DNA from: Alphaproteobacteria bacterium
GTDB lineage: Bacteria; Pseudomonadota; Alphaproteobacteria; Rhodobacterales; Rhodobacteraceae
DNA length: 64,000 nucleotides
NCBI GenBank assembly: GCA_030148665.1
Contig: JASBSZ010000008.1
Location: 7,284 to 71,283 of the forward strand
Direction of reading: 5' to 3'
The first letter of the stretch is position 1. The number at the start of each line of letters is the position of its first letter. The position numbers and the translations under genes were made by a program. Under the pieces are notes generated by a model. The model was not told where the DNA came from. It made no database searches and saw only the letters and a list, made by a program, of their open reading frames with translations. Below are positions 1 through 8,567 of this stretch, piece after piece.

Positions 1-1
1 G

Positions 2-646
2 TTGGCGCAGCTTTTCCAGCGCCTGGCGCAGCATGCGCCGCATCAATACGGCGTCGATGGCCATGAATGCGACGATGGCCAGAAAGGCGTAATAGGCGGT
101 GTTGGACCATTTCGCACGCAGGGCGCGGGATTCCTCGATCCTGGGGCGCAGGCTCTGGGCCTCGGCCTTCAGTTCCCGGGTCTTGGCGATCGCCTTTTGC
201 TTGCGCTTTTCCTGCTTGTTGATCTTGCGCTCGAGCCGCGCGCGGGCGCGTTCGTCATCGACGGGCAGCTTTTCCATCGCGCTGCGCGTGCGCGCGATGA
301 TGGCGTCGGCCTTGTTGATGCGCGACTGCGTGCGCGCGATGGACTTGTCTATCGCATCCACCGCCGCCACGGCGTCGGAATACACGATGCGGGCCTGGCG
401 CTCGATACCGCTGGCATAGAGGATCAGCGCAAAAAGCGGCCAGTACAGGAAACCCCACCGGTTCTTGAGATACAGGCGGTGAAAGCCGAACAGGCCCCCG
501 ACCAGCCACAGGAAATAGGCGATCCCGATCGAGCGCGACCCGGGGGTCGGCTGGATCCGTCGCGACAGATACATGGCGACCAGCGGGAAGACGATCAGCC
601 CCGACCAGTACAGCCAATGCGGTAGAACGAACTCGACGCTCGGCAT
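2..646 (-). CDS. TM2-domain membrane protein with a long charged, coiled-coil-like C-terminal half; the 3' end runs off the window (partial)
   Basis: Absent from the ORF track because there is no stop inside the window. The reverse strand is open from ATG 646-644 to position 2; I checked every triplet. Hand translation: MPSVEFVLPHWLYWSGLIVFPLVAMYLSRRIQPTPGSRSIGIAYFLWLVGGLFGFHRLYLKNRWGFLYWPLFALILYASG... GGLFGxHRxYL is TM2-domain-like. Third positions are G/C-rich on this strand, and GGGAG lies about 8 nt upstream. The same-phase + ORF 2..625 translates to Arg/Gly/Asp-rich junk. Confidence 0.6.
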   Translation of the reverse strand, partial: MPSVEFVLPHWLYWSGLIVFPLVAMYLSRRIQPTPGSRSIGIAYFLWLVGGLFGFHRLYLKNRWGFLYWPLFALILYASGIERQARIVYSDAVAAVDAIDKSIARTQSRINKADAIIARTRSAMEKLPVDDERARARLERKINKQEKRKQKAIAKTRELKAEAQSLRPRIEESRALRAKWSNTAYYAFLAIVAFMAIDAVLMRRMLRQALEKLRQ

Positions 647-658
647 GGATTCACTCCC

Positions 659-692
659 CCGGAAGGCGGGCCATCAGGGCGGGGCCTTCCGG
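659..692 (-). terminator. GC-rich hairpin downstream of the TRAP receptor gene (candidate terminator)
   Basis: ccggaagg (659-666) pairs perfectly with ccttccgg (685-692), 70-100 nt past the stop at 762-764. No clear U-tract. Confidence 0.3.
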
Positions 693-761
693 ATTGATGG
701 AAATCGGCGAAATCAGAGGCTCACCCGGCACGGATGCCGGATGAGCCGACAACCCGCGGGA

Positions 762-1865
762 TCACAGTTTCAGGGTCTGGCCCGCAATCATGTCCTCGGT
801 CACGTAACCCAGCGACGGCGACATCATGTAGTCGAGCTGCGTCTTGAAGATCTGGGCCGCGGCCTTGTCCTTGTTGGCCCAGGCATACCAGCGACCCACG
901 GCGATCTCGGTGATGACCTCGACATCGTCGGGGCTGAGGCGGGTAACCTCGGTGCCGTCTGCCTCGAACTTCTTCCAGGCTTCCTGATCGGCGGCCTGGA
1001 TCGCGGCATGGTGCAGGTCGGAATAGCGATGCACCTCGGCCTCGACAAAGACCTTCATCTCGGGCGGAAGCGCATTCCACGACTTCATGCCGACGGTGAT
1101 GTCCATAAGGTCCACCGGCTGATAGACCGACATCATGCCCGGCGGGCCCATCGAGATGTATTTGGTCACCTGGCTGAAGCCCAGCGCATAGTTGATCGCG
1201 GGGCCCACATAGTCGGCCACGTCGATCGTGCCCTTTTCCAGTGCCGGGAAGATCTCGGAACCCGGCAAGAGGGTCGTCTTGGCGCCCAGTTCCTGGAACA
1301 CCTCGGCAACCATACCGCCGGGCAGGCGCATCTTGCGGCCGCGGAAGTCATCGACCGAGCGGATCGGCACCTTGGAGTGGATGATGTTGGGGCCGTGCTG
1401 AACGGGGCCGACATAATACATGCCCTGATCGGCAAACAGCTTGCGCGCCATTTCCAGCCCGCCGAGGCCATAATAGAAGGTGTCCCATTCACCGGGGCTA
1501 CGCAGACCCATCGGATACGAACTCAGGAACACGGCCGCCGGAATCCGGCCGGCCCAGTACAGCGTGAACGGGTTCATGGCGTCCAGCACGCCGTTTTTCA
1601 CCGCGTCGAACAGCTGGAAATCGCCGACGACATCCTTGGCGCCGAAGGGAATGAACTTCAGCTGTCCCGAGGTGCGCTCTTCAATGGAATTGCACCAGTC
1701 CTTGAAGATCTTCAGCCCGATGCCGCCGGGCCATGATGTCTGGAGCTTCCAGGTGATGGTATTGCCGGCCGCGGTGGCCAGCGAAGGTGCCGCAAGGGTA
1801 CCTGCTGCGGCGGCCGCACCGGCCCCCTTCAGCAGGAAATTGCGTCTGTTGGTCCTGGTTGTCAT
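762..1865 (-). CDS. TRAP-type transporter periplasmic solute receptor (DctP/FcbT1-like) with a twin-arginine signal peptide
   Basis: ORF 762..2183 trimmed to ATG 1865, with GGAGG a few nt upstream. N-terminus MTTRTNRRNFLLKGAGAAAAAGTLAAPSLATA is a Tat signal. The mature part resembles DctP-family receptors. The N-terminal 106 codons of the long ORF are Arg-rich non-coding-like sequence. Confidence 0.8.
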   Translation of the reverse strand: MTTRTNRRNFLLKGAGAAAAAGTLAAPSLATAAGNTITWKLQTSWPGGIGLKIFKDWCNSIEERTSGQLKFIPFGAKDVVGDFQLFDAVKNGVLDAMNPFTLYWAGRIPAAVFLSSYPMGLRSPGEWDTFYYGLGGLEMARKLFADQGMYYVGPVQHGPNIIHSKVPIRSVDDFRGRKMRLPGGMVAEVFQELGAKTTLLPGSEIFPALEKGTIDVADYVGPAINYALGFSQVTKYISMGPPGMMSVYQPVDLMDITVGMKSWNALPPEMKVFVEAEVHRYSDLHHAAIQAADQEAWKKFEADGTEVTRLSPDDVEVITEIAVGRWYAWANKDKAAAQIFKTQLDYMMSPSLGYVTEDMIAGQTLKL

Positions 1866-1980
1866 GAAATGTCCTCCCTGTTCAATGACAATGGCTGTGC
1901 CACCCCGAAGGCGGCCTTTGGTCCTGCTCTGGTTTCCTTCCCGTTCCCTGTTACCTGTCCTTTCGTCCCGCGCGGCGCCG

Positions 1981-2946
1981 TCAGAGCGCAACCTCGGCGG
2001 CCTCGCCCTGTTCCTGCGCCAGCCGCGCCGCGACCGAGGCAACGGCCAGATCCTGCAGGCCCACGCCGGTGCCGTCGAAAAGGGTGATCTCGTCATCCGA
2101 TGTGCGGCCCGGATGATCGCCATTGATGACCATGCCGATGGGCGTGATGTCGTCCTCGGCCAAAAGGCCCGCAGCAACCGCATGCTGGGTTTCGCCGATG
2201 GTGATCGACTGGGCGATTTCGTCGGTGAACACCGTCGCCGCAGCCACCAGTTCGGGATCGAGCTCTTGCTTGCCCTTGGTGTCGGTGCCCATACAGGCGA
2301 TATGCGTGCCCGGCTTGATCCAGCCCTTCATCAACAGCGCGTCATGGGCCGAGGTGATCGACACGATGACATCGGCCTCGGCGCCCAGCTGTTCGCGTTC
2401 GACTGCCTCAAAGGGCAGGCCCAGCTCGGCCGCGACCTTGCCCAGAGACGGCAGCATGTCAGGATGATAGTTCCAGGCGATGACGCGCTCGAAATCACGT
2501 TGCTCGGCGGCGGCGCGCAGCTGGAACTGCGCCTGATGGCCGGCCCCGACCATGCCCAGAACACGCGCATCCTTTCGCGCAAGATGGTTGATCGAGATCG
2601 CGCTTGACGCCGCCGTGCGCACCGCCGTCAGGTAGTTGCCGCCGACCAGCGCCGCCAACTGCCCGGTGTCGGGATCGAACAGGAACACGGTTGACTGGTG
2701 GTTGGTCAGCCCCCTGTCCATATTGTGGGGCCAGTAGCCCCCGGCCTTGACGCCCAGCGTCAGCCCGGCCCTATCAAAACCCGACTTGAAACCATACAGG
2801 GCATCCGCATGCCCGATGGCCTCGCGCACCACCGGAAAGTTCCACGCATCCCCGCGCGCCATGGCGCCGAACACGGCCTCGACCGCATCATAGGCCGCCT
2901 TGCGGGTCACGACCTTCTGGCAGGTTTCCTCGGATACGATCAGCAT
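1981..2946 (-). CDS. bhcD: Iminosuccinate reductase (ornithine cyclodeaminase / mu-crystallin family), beta-hydroxyaspartate cycle
   Basis: 321 aa. OCD/mu-crystallin-like sequence with the MVGAGHQA dinucleotide motif. ATG 2946 overlaps the bhcC stop (TGATG). Fourth gene in the order aminotransferase, dehydratase, aldolase, reductase. Confidence 0.75.
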   Translation of the reverse strand: MLIVSEETCQKVVTRKAAYDAVEAVFGAMARGDAWNFPVVREAIGHADALYGFKSGFDRAGLTLGVKAGGYWPHNMDRGLTNHQSTVFLFDPDTGQLAALVGGNYLTAVRTAASSAISINHLARKDARVLGMVGAGHQAQFQLRAAAEQRDFERVIAWNYHPDMLPSLGKVAAELGLPFEAVEREQLGAEADVIVSITSAHDALLMKGWIKPGTHIACMGTDTKGKQELDPELVAAATVFTDEIAQSITIGETQHAVAAGLLAEDDITPIGMVINGDHPGRTSDDEITLFDGTGVGLQDLAVASVAARLAQEQGEAAEVAL

Positions 2947-4109
2947 CACCAGGCCAGCCCCCTTGCCGTCACCGGGATCACGTCCTCGACCTTGTCGCCG
3001 CGCACCAGCACATACCAGTCATGGACATTGCAGGTGGGGTCGCAATGGCCGGGGATCAGCCTGATCTTCTGGTTGATCTGCAGCTTGCCCTCGGGGTCGG
3101 CGATCACGCCGTGTTCGTCGGAACACTTGATGTATTCCACGCCTTCGATGCCATGAACCTTGGGCAGGCCGCTATCGACCGACTGGGCCTTCAGACCCGC
3201 ATCGACCACCGCCTTGTCGGGTTTTGCATGGCTCATCACCGAGGTCAGCAGGAACAGCGAGCTGGCAAACTGGCTTTGGCTGATCGGCACACCGTTTTCA
3301 TCCAGGATACGGCCGTAATCGGCATCCATGAAGGCGTAAGAGCCGCATTGCAGCTCGTTATAAACGCCCGAGGCGCCCTCGAAATAATAGCTGCCGGTGC
3401 CACCGCCACCAATGATGTCGCATTCCAGCCCCTGCGATTTCAGCGCCTGAAAGGCGTCCTTGACCATGGCAACCGCGATATCGATCTTTTCCTTGCGGTC
3501 CTCATAGCGATCAAGATGCTGCATCGCGCCCTGATAGGCCTGAATGCCGGAAAATTTCAGCCCCGGAGCCGCATCGATCAGCTTGGCAATATTGACCACA
3601 TCCTGAGATGTCGTCACCCCGCAACGCCCGGCGCCGCAGTCGATTTCGACCAGACATTCGATCTCGGTCCCGTGCCTTTCGGCAGCGGCAGAAAGATCGG
3701 CCACGTTTTCGGGATCATCCACACAGACCAGCGTGCGCACGCCCAGTTTCGGCAGGCGCGCAAGGCGGTCGATCTTGGCGGGATCGCGCACCTGGTTCGA
3801 GACCAGAATGTCCTTGATGCCATTGCGGGCAAAGGCCTCGGCCTCGCTTACCTTCTGGCAACAGATGCCGCAGGCACCGCGTTCGATCTGCATTCTGGCG
3901 ACGTCGGCCGATTTGTGCATCTTGCCATGTATGCGCAGACGCATCCCCATCGCATCGGCGTCGGCCTGCATCTTGTCGAGGTTCCTTTCCAGCTGATCCA
4001 TGTCGATGATCAGGCAGGGGGTCTGGATTTCGTCAAAGCTCATCCCCGGCTTGGCGGGAATGTTGTAGCCGACCTCGTATTCCTCGAAATTCATGTCCTT
4101 CATGGTCAT
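2946..4109 (-). CDS. bhcC: beta-Hydroxyaspartate aldolase (alanine-racemase-fold PLP enzyme, D-threonine aldolase / DSD1-like family)
   Basis: 387 aa. Family resemblance: ...RIHGKMHKSADVARMQ..., C-terminal ...IPGHCDPTCNVHDW. AGGAGG SD precedes ATG 4109. Operon context. Confidence 0.75.
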   Translation of the reverse strand: MTMKDMNFEEYEVGYNIPAKPGMSFDEIQTPCLIIDMDQLERNLDKMQADADAMGMRLRIHGKMHKSADVARMQIERGACGICCQKVSEAEAFARNGIKDILVSNQVRDPAKIDRLARLPKLGVRTLVCVDDPENVADLSAAAERHGTEIECLVEIDCGAGRCGVTTSQDVVNIAKLIDAAPGLKFSGIQAYQGAMQHLDRYEDRKEKIDIAVAMVKDAFQALKSQGLECDIIGGGGTGSYYFEGASGVYNELQCGSYAFMDADYGRILDENGVPISQSQFASSLFLLTSVMSHAKPDKAVVDAGLKAQSVDSGLPKVHGIEGVEYIKCSDEHGVIADPEGKLQINQKIRLIPGHCDPTCNVHDWYVLVRGDKVEDVIPVTARGLAW

Positions 4110-4124
4110 TCCTCCTTGCCCGGA

Positions 4125-5081
4125 TCACATCCAGGGCAGTTTTTTCAGATCGACATTGCCGCCGGTCAGGATCACGCCCACGCGCTTGCCTGCAAACCGG
4201 TCCCTGTTTTTCAGGATGGTGGCCAGCGTCACCGCGCTGGATGGCTCGACCACGATCTTCATGCGCTGCCAGATCAGATACATGGCGTCGATGATCTCGT
4301 CCTCTTCGGCCAGCAGGATGTCAGTGACGTGGTTGCTGACGAAATGCCAGGTCAGTTCCTTGAGCGGCACCTTCAGGCCATCGGCCACCGTCTCGGGCGC
4401 GTCATCGGCGATGATGTGGCCGGCCTTGAAACTGCGATAAGCGTCGTCGGCCTGTTTCGGCTCGGCGGCAAGGATTTCCACATCCGGTGCGATATTGGAC
4501 AGCGTCAGGCAGGTGCCCGACACCATGCCGCCGCCGCCGATGGGGGCGATGACCGCATCGAGCCCGTCCACCTGCGACAGCAACTCGCGCGAGCATGTCC
4601 CCTGCCCCGCGATGACTCGCGGGTCGTTATAGGGATGCACGAATTCGGCACCGGTTTCGGCCACGACCTGCGCGAACACCTCTTCACGGCTGCTGGTCGA
4701 GGGCTCGCATTCGGTGATCGTGCCGCCATAGCCGCGTACGGCCTGTTTCTTGGCCTCGGGCGCGGTGCGGGGCATGACCACATGGCACGGGATGCCGCGC
4801 CGGCCGGCCGCATAGGACAGCGACAGCCCGTGGTTGCCGGAACTGTGGGTTGCGACACCACGGGCTGCCTGGTCTTCCGTGAGTGAGAAGACGGCATTGC
4901 TGGCCCCGCGCGCCTTGAACACGCCGGCCTTTTGAAAATTCTCGCATTTGAAAAACAGCTCGGCCCCCGTCAGACCATTGAACCAGGTCGAGGTCAGAAC
5001 CGGGGTTTCATGCACATGGGGGCGGATGCGCTCGTGGGCGGCAACGACATCTTCATAGGTGGGTATCTGCATCAAGGGCAT
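4125..5081 (-). CDS. bhcB: beta-Hydroxyaspartate dehydratase (fold-type II PLP serine/threonine dehydratase / serine racemase family)
   Basis: 318 aa. FKCENFQKAGVFKARGA PLP-lysine motif. GGAGG SD. Operon context. Confidence 0.75.
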   Translation of the reverse strand: MPLMQIPTYEDVVAAHERIRPHVHETPVLTSTWFNGLTGAELFFKCENFQKAGVFKARGASNAVFSLTEDQAARGVATHSSGNHGLSLSYAAGRRGIPCHVVMPRTAPEAKKQAVRGYGGTITECEPSTSSREEVFAQVVAETGAEFVHPYNDPRVIAGQGTCSRELLSQVDGLDAVIAPIGGGGMVSGTCLTLSNIAPDVEILAAEPKQADDAYRSFKAGHIIADDAPETVADGLKVPLKELTWHFVSNHVTDILLAEEDEIIDAMYLIWQRMKIVVEPSSAVTLATILKNRDRFAGKRVGVILTGGNVDLKKLPWM

Positions 5082-5087
5082 CCCTCC

Positions 5088-6278
5088 TCAGGCGGCGTTC
5101 GACATGGCGGCGCGGGCGGTTGCGCGGAAATGTTCCTGCGCGGCGGCAACCCCGCTGCCCAGCGTGATCGGATAGTCGAGATCCTTCATGGCCATCTCGA
5201 TGGTCGCCAGCCCCGACAGAACCATGACATCGGTCAGCGCGCCCAGATGGCCGATGCGAAAGGCGCGGCCGGCCATCTCACCCAGCCCAACACCAAAGGA
5301 AACGCCATAGGCATCATAGGCGTGGTTCACCAGCGCGTCGGCATTGAAGCCCTCGGGCACATAGATGGCGGTGACGGAATCCGAATACAGCTCGGGCGAT
5401 TTCGCCACCAGTTCCAGCCCCCAGGCGGCAACCGCACGGCGCACGCCCTCGGCAAGGCGGTGGTGGCGGCCAAAGACATTGTCCAGCCCCTCGTCAAACA
5501 ACATTTCCAGGCTTTTGCGCAGGCCGAATATCAGCTGCAAAGGCGGCGTATAGGGGTAACCGGCGGCGGCATTGGCCCGCAGCATGTCGCGAAAATCGAA
5601 ATAGCAGCGCGGGCTGGTTGCGGTTTCGGTGGCCTTCATGGCCTTCTGGCTGACGGCAACAATGGCCATGCCGGCGGCCAGCATCAGCCCCTTTTGCGAG
5701 CCCGAAATCGCCAGATCGACGCCCCATTCATCCATGCGGAAATCCATCGAGGCCAGCGAGCTGACGCAATCGACATACAGCATCGCCGGGTGGTCGCAGC
5801 CATCCAGGGCCGCGCGCACGGCAGCGATATCGGACAGGACACCGGTTGCGGTTTCGTTATGGGTGACCAGCACCGCCTTGATCTGATGATCGGTGTCCGC
5901 TGCCAGACGTTCGGCAAACAGATCCGCGGGCGCGCCGGTGCCCCATTCGCATTCGATCACCTCGACATCCAGGAAATGCCGCTGGCAAAGGTCGATCCAG
6001 CGGTGGCTGAACATGCCGTAGCGGGCCACCAGCACCTTGTCGCCGGGGCTGAGCGTATTGGTCACGGCCGCCTCCCAGCCGCCGGTGCCGCTGGACGGAA
6101 AGGTGATGATCTCGGCCGTTTCCGTCCTGAACAGGCGCTTGAGATCCGCCAGCACCGGCCGCAGGGTTGTGGCGAAATCCGGCGCGCGGTGATCCATCGT
6201 CTGCACCGCCATGGCATGGCGGATCGGGTCGGGGATATTTGTCGGGCCCGGAATGAAAACCGGGTTCTGGCCGGACAT
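5088..6278 (-). CDS. bhcA: Aspartate-glyoxylate aminotransferase (class V aminotransferase, serine-glyoxylate aminotransferase type)
   Basis: ORF 5088..6338 trimmed to ATG 6278 (MSGQNPVFIPGPTNIP...), with AGAGGA SD. 396 aa. Class V aminotransferase sequence with SGSQKGL (PLP lysine). Confidence 0.75.
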   Translation of the reverse strand: MSGQNPVFIPGPTNIPDPIRHAMAVQTMDHRAPDFATTLRPVLADLKRLFRTETAEIITFPSSGTGGWEAAVTNTLSPGDKVLVARYGMFSHRWIDLCQRHFLDVEVIECEWGTGAPADLFAERLAADTDHQIKAVLVTHNETATGVLSDIAAVRAALDGCDHPAMLYVDCVSSLASMDFRMDEWGVDLAISGSQKGLMLAAGMAIVAVSQKAMKATETATSPRCYFDFRDMLRANAAAGYPYTPPLQLIFGLRKSLEMLFDEGLDNVFGRHHRLAEGVRRAVAAWGLELVAKSPELYSDSVTAIYVPEGFNADALVNHAYDAYGVSFGVGLGEMAGRAFRIGHLGALTDVMVLSGLATIEMAMKDLDYPITLGSGVAAAQEHFRATARAAMSNAA

Positions 6279-6339
6279 GGCGAATCCTCTGCTAATCATG
6301 CTTTCGCATATCTTGACGTGATTCACCCGGATCGGCAAT

Positions 6340-6438
6340 TTTTCTGAAAAATATTTTCATTTTTGAAATAAATTTACCAACTAATTGTAATCACGCATGT
6401 TTTCATTTTTCAAAATTATAATATGTTTTCTTTGAAAA
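6340..6438. promoter_or_regulatory. AT-rich divergent bhcA/bhcR control region with four TTTC/GAAA dyads (candidate IclR/BhcR operators)
   Basis: Four dyads: TTTTCtGAAAA 6340-6350; TTTTCATTTTTGAAA 6354-6368; TTTTCATTTTTCAAAA 6400-6415; TTTTCtttGAAAA 6426-6438. The 11-mer TTTTCATTTTT occurs twice (6354-6364 and 6400-6410). The region is strikingly AT-rich against a GC-rich background. Confidence 0.5.
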
Positions 6439-7325
6439 TTTTTTTCATTCTGGTAAAAACAACCTGTACCCTTGCCCCGGACGGAGAAATCACCCTGTCG
6501 GAAATACCGGAAAGGAAGCGCAAGCGCGGGCGGCCACGCTCGGGCAAGGCCGATAATGCCGCCTCGACGGTACAGGCCCTGGACCGTGGTCTGCTGATCC
6601 TGCGCGCCCTGGCCCGCAGCCGGGGCGCCACCCTCAGCGAACTGGCGCTGCAGGTGGGCATGCCGCCCTCGACGGCCCATCGGGTACTGGCCACCCTGCA
6701 GAACCACGGCTTTGCCGAATTCGACGATTCCACCCAGGAATGGGCGGTCGGTGTGGGCGCTTTCCGGGTCGGCAGCTCGTATCTGATGCGCACCAACCTG
6801 ATCGAGGCGGCCCGCAAGGCCATGCGCGGGTTGATGCGTGAAACCGGCGAAACCGCCAATCTGGGAATCATGGATGGCTGTCATGTCGTCTTTGTCAGCC
6901 AGGTAGAGACCCACAATCCGATCCGCGCCTTCTTTCGCCCCGGGACGCGCTCGGAGATGCATGCCTCGGGCATCGGCAAGGCCCTGCTTTCCGAGATGAG
7001 CCGCAAGCAGGTGGAAAAGATACTGCAAAAGACCGGCCTGCCCGAATTCACCCCGAACACGATCACCTCGGCCAGCGCGCTGTTCGAGGATCTGGAACGC
7101 AGCCGTGCCCGTGGCTGGGCGCTGGACGACGAGGAGCGCTATCACGGCATGCGCTGCGTTGCCGCCCCGATCCACAACGCCTATGGCGAGACCATCGCCG
7201 GGATATCGGTCTCGGGTCCGGCGGTACGCTTTTCCCCCGAGGTGATCCTGGCAACCGGCCCCCGCGTGCGCAAGGCCGCCAGCGAGGTCACCCGAAAGAT
7301 CGGCGGCATTGCCCCGCAGCGCTGA
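6423..7325 (+). CDS. bhcR: IclR-family transcriptional regulator of the beta-hydroxyaspartate cycle operon
   Basis: wHTH (LDRGLLILRALARSRGATLSELALQVGMPPSTAHRVLATL) plus an IclR effector domain. Divergent from bhcA. ATG 6423 lies inside operator-like AT-rich DNA and the first ~12 codons are AT-rich, so the true start may be downstream or non-ATG. The 3' end is firm. Confidence 0.75.
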   Translation: MFSLKIFFILVKTTCTLAPDGEITLSEIPERKRKRGRPRSGKADNAASTVQALDRGLLILRALARSRGATLSELALQVGMPPSTAHRVLATLQNHGFAEFDDSTQEWAVGVGAFRVGSSYLMRTNLIEAARKAMRGLMRETGETANLGIMDGCHVVFVSQVETHNPIRAFFRPGTRSEMHASGIGKALLSEMSRKQVEKILQKTGLPEFTPNTITSASALFEDLERSRARGWALDDEERYHGMRCVAAPIHNAYGETIAGISVSGPAVRFSPEVILATGPRVRKAASEVTRKIGGIAPQR

Positions 7326-7376
7326 CGCGGCCCCGACGAATGGCGCCGGCCGCCGGACAGGGGCGCCGGGGCAGCC

Positions 7377-8567
7377 TCAGAACGATCGCGCCACGGCCAG
7401 GCTCAGATAATCGCTGTTGGCAAGGGCGGCCACCGGATCGGAAGGGGCGGGCGTGTTGAAGAAACGCCCCTCCAGCGTGACCTGCCAGGATTCGCCGATG
7501 CGGCGCGTGCCCTTGATCGACATCACCCTAGCCCCGCTGCGGGCGTCCAGCAGCACGCCGGCCAGCAGATTCGTGCTGGCAAGGTCATTCAGGGTCAGCC
7601 GGGCACCCAGGAACAGATCGTTGTCGAAAATGGTGACCGGGGCCAGCACCGGATCGCGCCCGTCGCGGCTGTATTCCGCCAGCAGGCCCAGATCGGCGCC
7701 CGAAGGCAGCCCTCCGGGCAATGTCCATTCGAAACCCGCAGTCACGGCGTTGAAGCGCGGGCCCTGCCCGGCCCGGTTGATGGCCTCGACCTTCCACAGC
7801 CAGTCGCCTGCCGTATATTGCAGGTCCAGCCCGATCTGCGAAATGTGATCGTAGATCGGCGTCAGGCTGGGGCCCGTGGGCATCAGGACGGGCGCGCGGC
7901 TGGTGCCTTCGAACCAGGACAGGCCGATGTCCCAGTCGCCGATGCTGTTTGACCAGCGCAGCGCGAAGTCGACATGTCCCCGGCCGCCGGGCCCGGTATA
8001 TGCCGCCGGACCCACCGGCAATGGCGGGCCCAGGCGGGTGCCGGCGCGCGGATAGACACGGGGGCGGAAACCCGGCAGCGCGTAGAGCGAAAACGTGCCG
8101 AAATCACCGTAGAGGCTGAGGCCCAGCATCGGCTGGCCCAGCTTGGCGGTGCCGTCGATACCTTCCTGCATGTCGTCCTGATTGACGATATCGACCAGAT
8201 GGCGCGATTCCGTGACGCCCCAGAAAACCTTGTCGATACCGGCGGTCAGGCTCCAGCCGTCGCCCTGGTGCAGCCAGTAGGCCTCGCGCAGGTCGGTGTG
8301 GCTGCGCCCCTCGCCTCTGTTGTCCCACCGGCTGAACAGCGACAGGACAACCCGGTCGGAATCGCCCAGATCGCCGGTGATCCGCCCATCGAAGGTGACC
8401 GAGGGAAACAGGCGGCGATTGTCGCCACCGGGCAATGGTGCCTCGGTATAGCCGCGCAGGCCCGCGCCCAGCGCGCCGGTGAACTCCCAGCTCTGGGCCA
8501 GGGCCGGCGCGCCGGCAATCGCGGCCAGACCGACGGCAAGCCAGAGCGCCCTTTTCGTCGTCCTCAT
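7377..8567 (-). CDS. Predicted outer-membrane beta-barrel protein, last gene of the ABC/LolA-like operon
   Basis: 396 aa. Signal peptide MRTTKRALWLAVGLAAIAGAPALA-QS. Alternating amphipathic, Gly/aromatic-rich sequence. C-terminal ...LSLAVARSF (terminal Phe typical of OM barrels). ATG 8567 overlaps the upstream stop (ATGA). Confidence 0.6.
   Translation of the reverse strand: MRTTKRALWLAVGLAAIAGAPALAQSWEFTGALGAGLRGYTEAPLPGGDNRRLFPSVTFDGRITGDLGDSDRVVLSLFSRWDNRGEGRSHTDLREAYWLHQGDGWSLTAGIDKVFWGVTESRHLVDIVNQDDMQEGIDGTAKLGQPMLGLSLYGDFGTFSLYALPGFRPRVYPRAGTRLGPPLPVGPAAYTGPGGRGHVDFALRWSNSIGDWDIGLSWFEGTSRAPVLMPTGPSLTPIYDHISQIGLDLQYTAGDWLWKVEAINRAGQGPRFNAVTAGFEWTLPGGLPSGADLGLLAEYSRDGRDPVLAPVTIFDNDLFLGARLTLNDLASTNLLAGVLLDARSGARVMSIKGTRRIGESWQVTLEGRFFNTPAPSDPVAALANSDYLSLAVARSF

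Noticed and set aside
2-625. Plus-strand 207-aa ORF at the window start.
   Set aside because: It shares triplet phase with the minus-strand TM2-domain gene. The minus strand has G/C-rich third positions, TM helices, the TM2 motif and an SD. The plus-strand product is junk-like.
1866-2183. N-terminal extension of the TRAP receptor ORF. The same kind of extension occurs on the ORFs for nirS, nirDL, nirH, narI, narJ, narK1, murD, mraY, the cytochrome c, the LolA-like protein, emrB, bhcA and the DUF2933 peptide.
   Set aside because: In each case an internal ATG with a good SD sits at, or within a few nt of, the upstream gene's stop, or directly precedes a signal peptide or the conserved N-terminus. 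The extra codons are Arg-rich and overlap neighbouring genes or operators.
7326-7376. Possible bidirectional terminator between convergent bhcR and the OM barrel gene. The same question arises at 40412..40476, between yqjG and the PPIase gene.
   Set aside because: These are GC-rich, with short GGCGCC-type self-complementary motifs. I could not trace a convincing extended stem plus U-tract by eye, so they are not reported as features.
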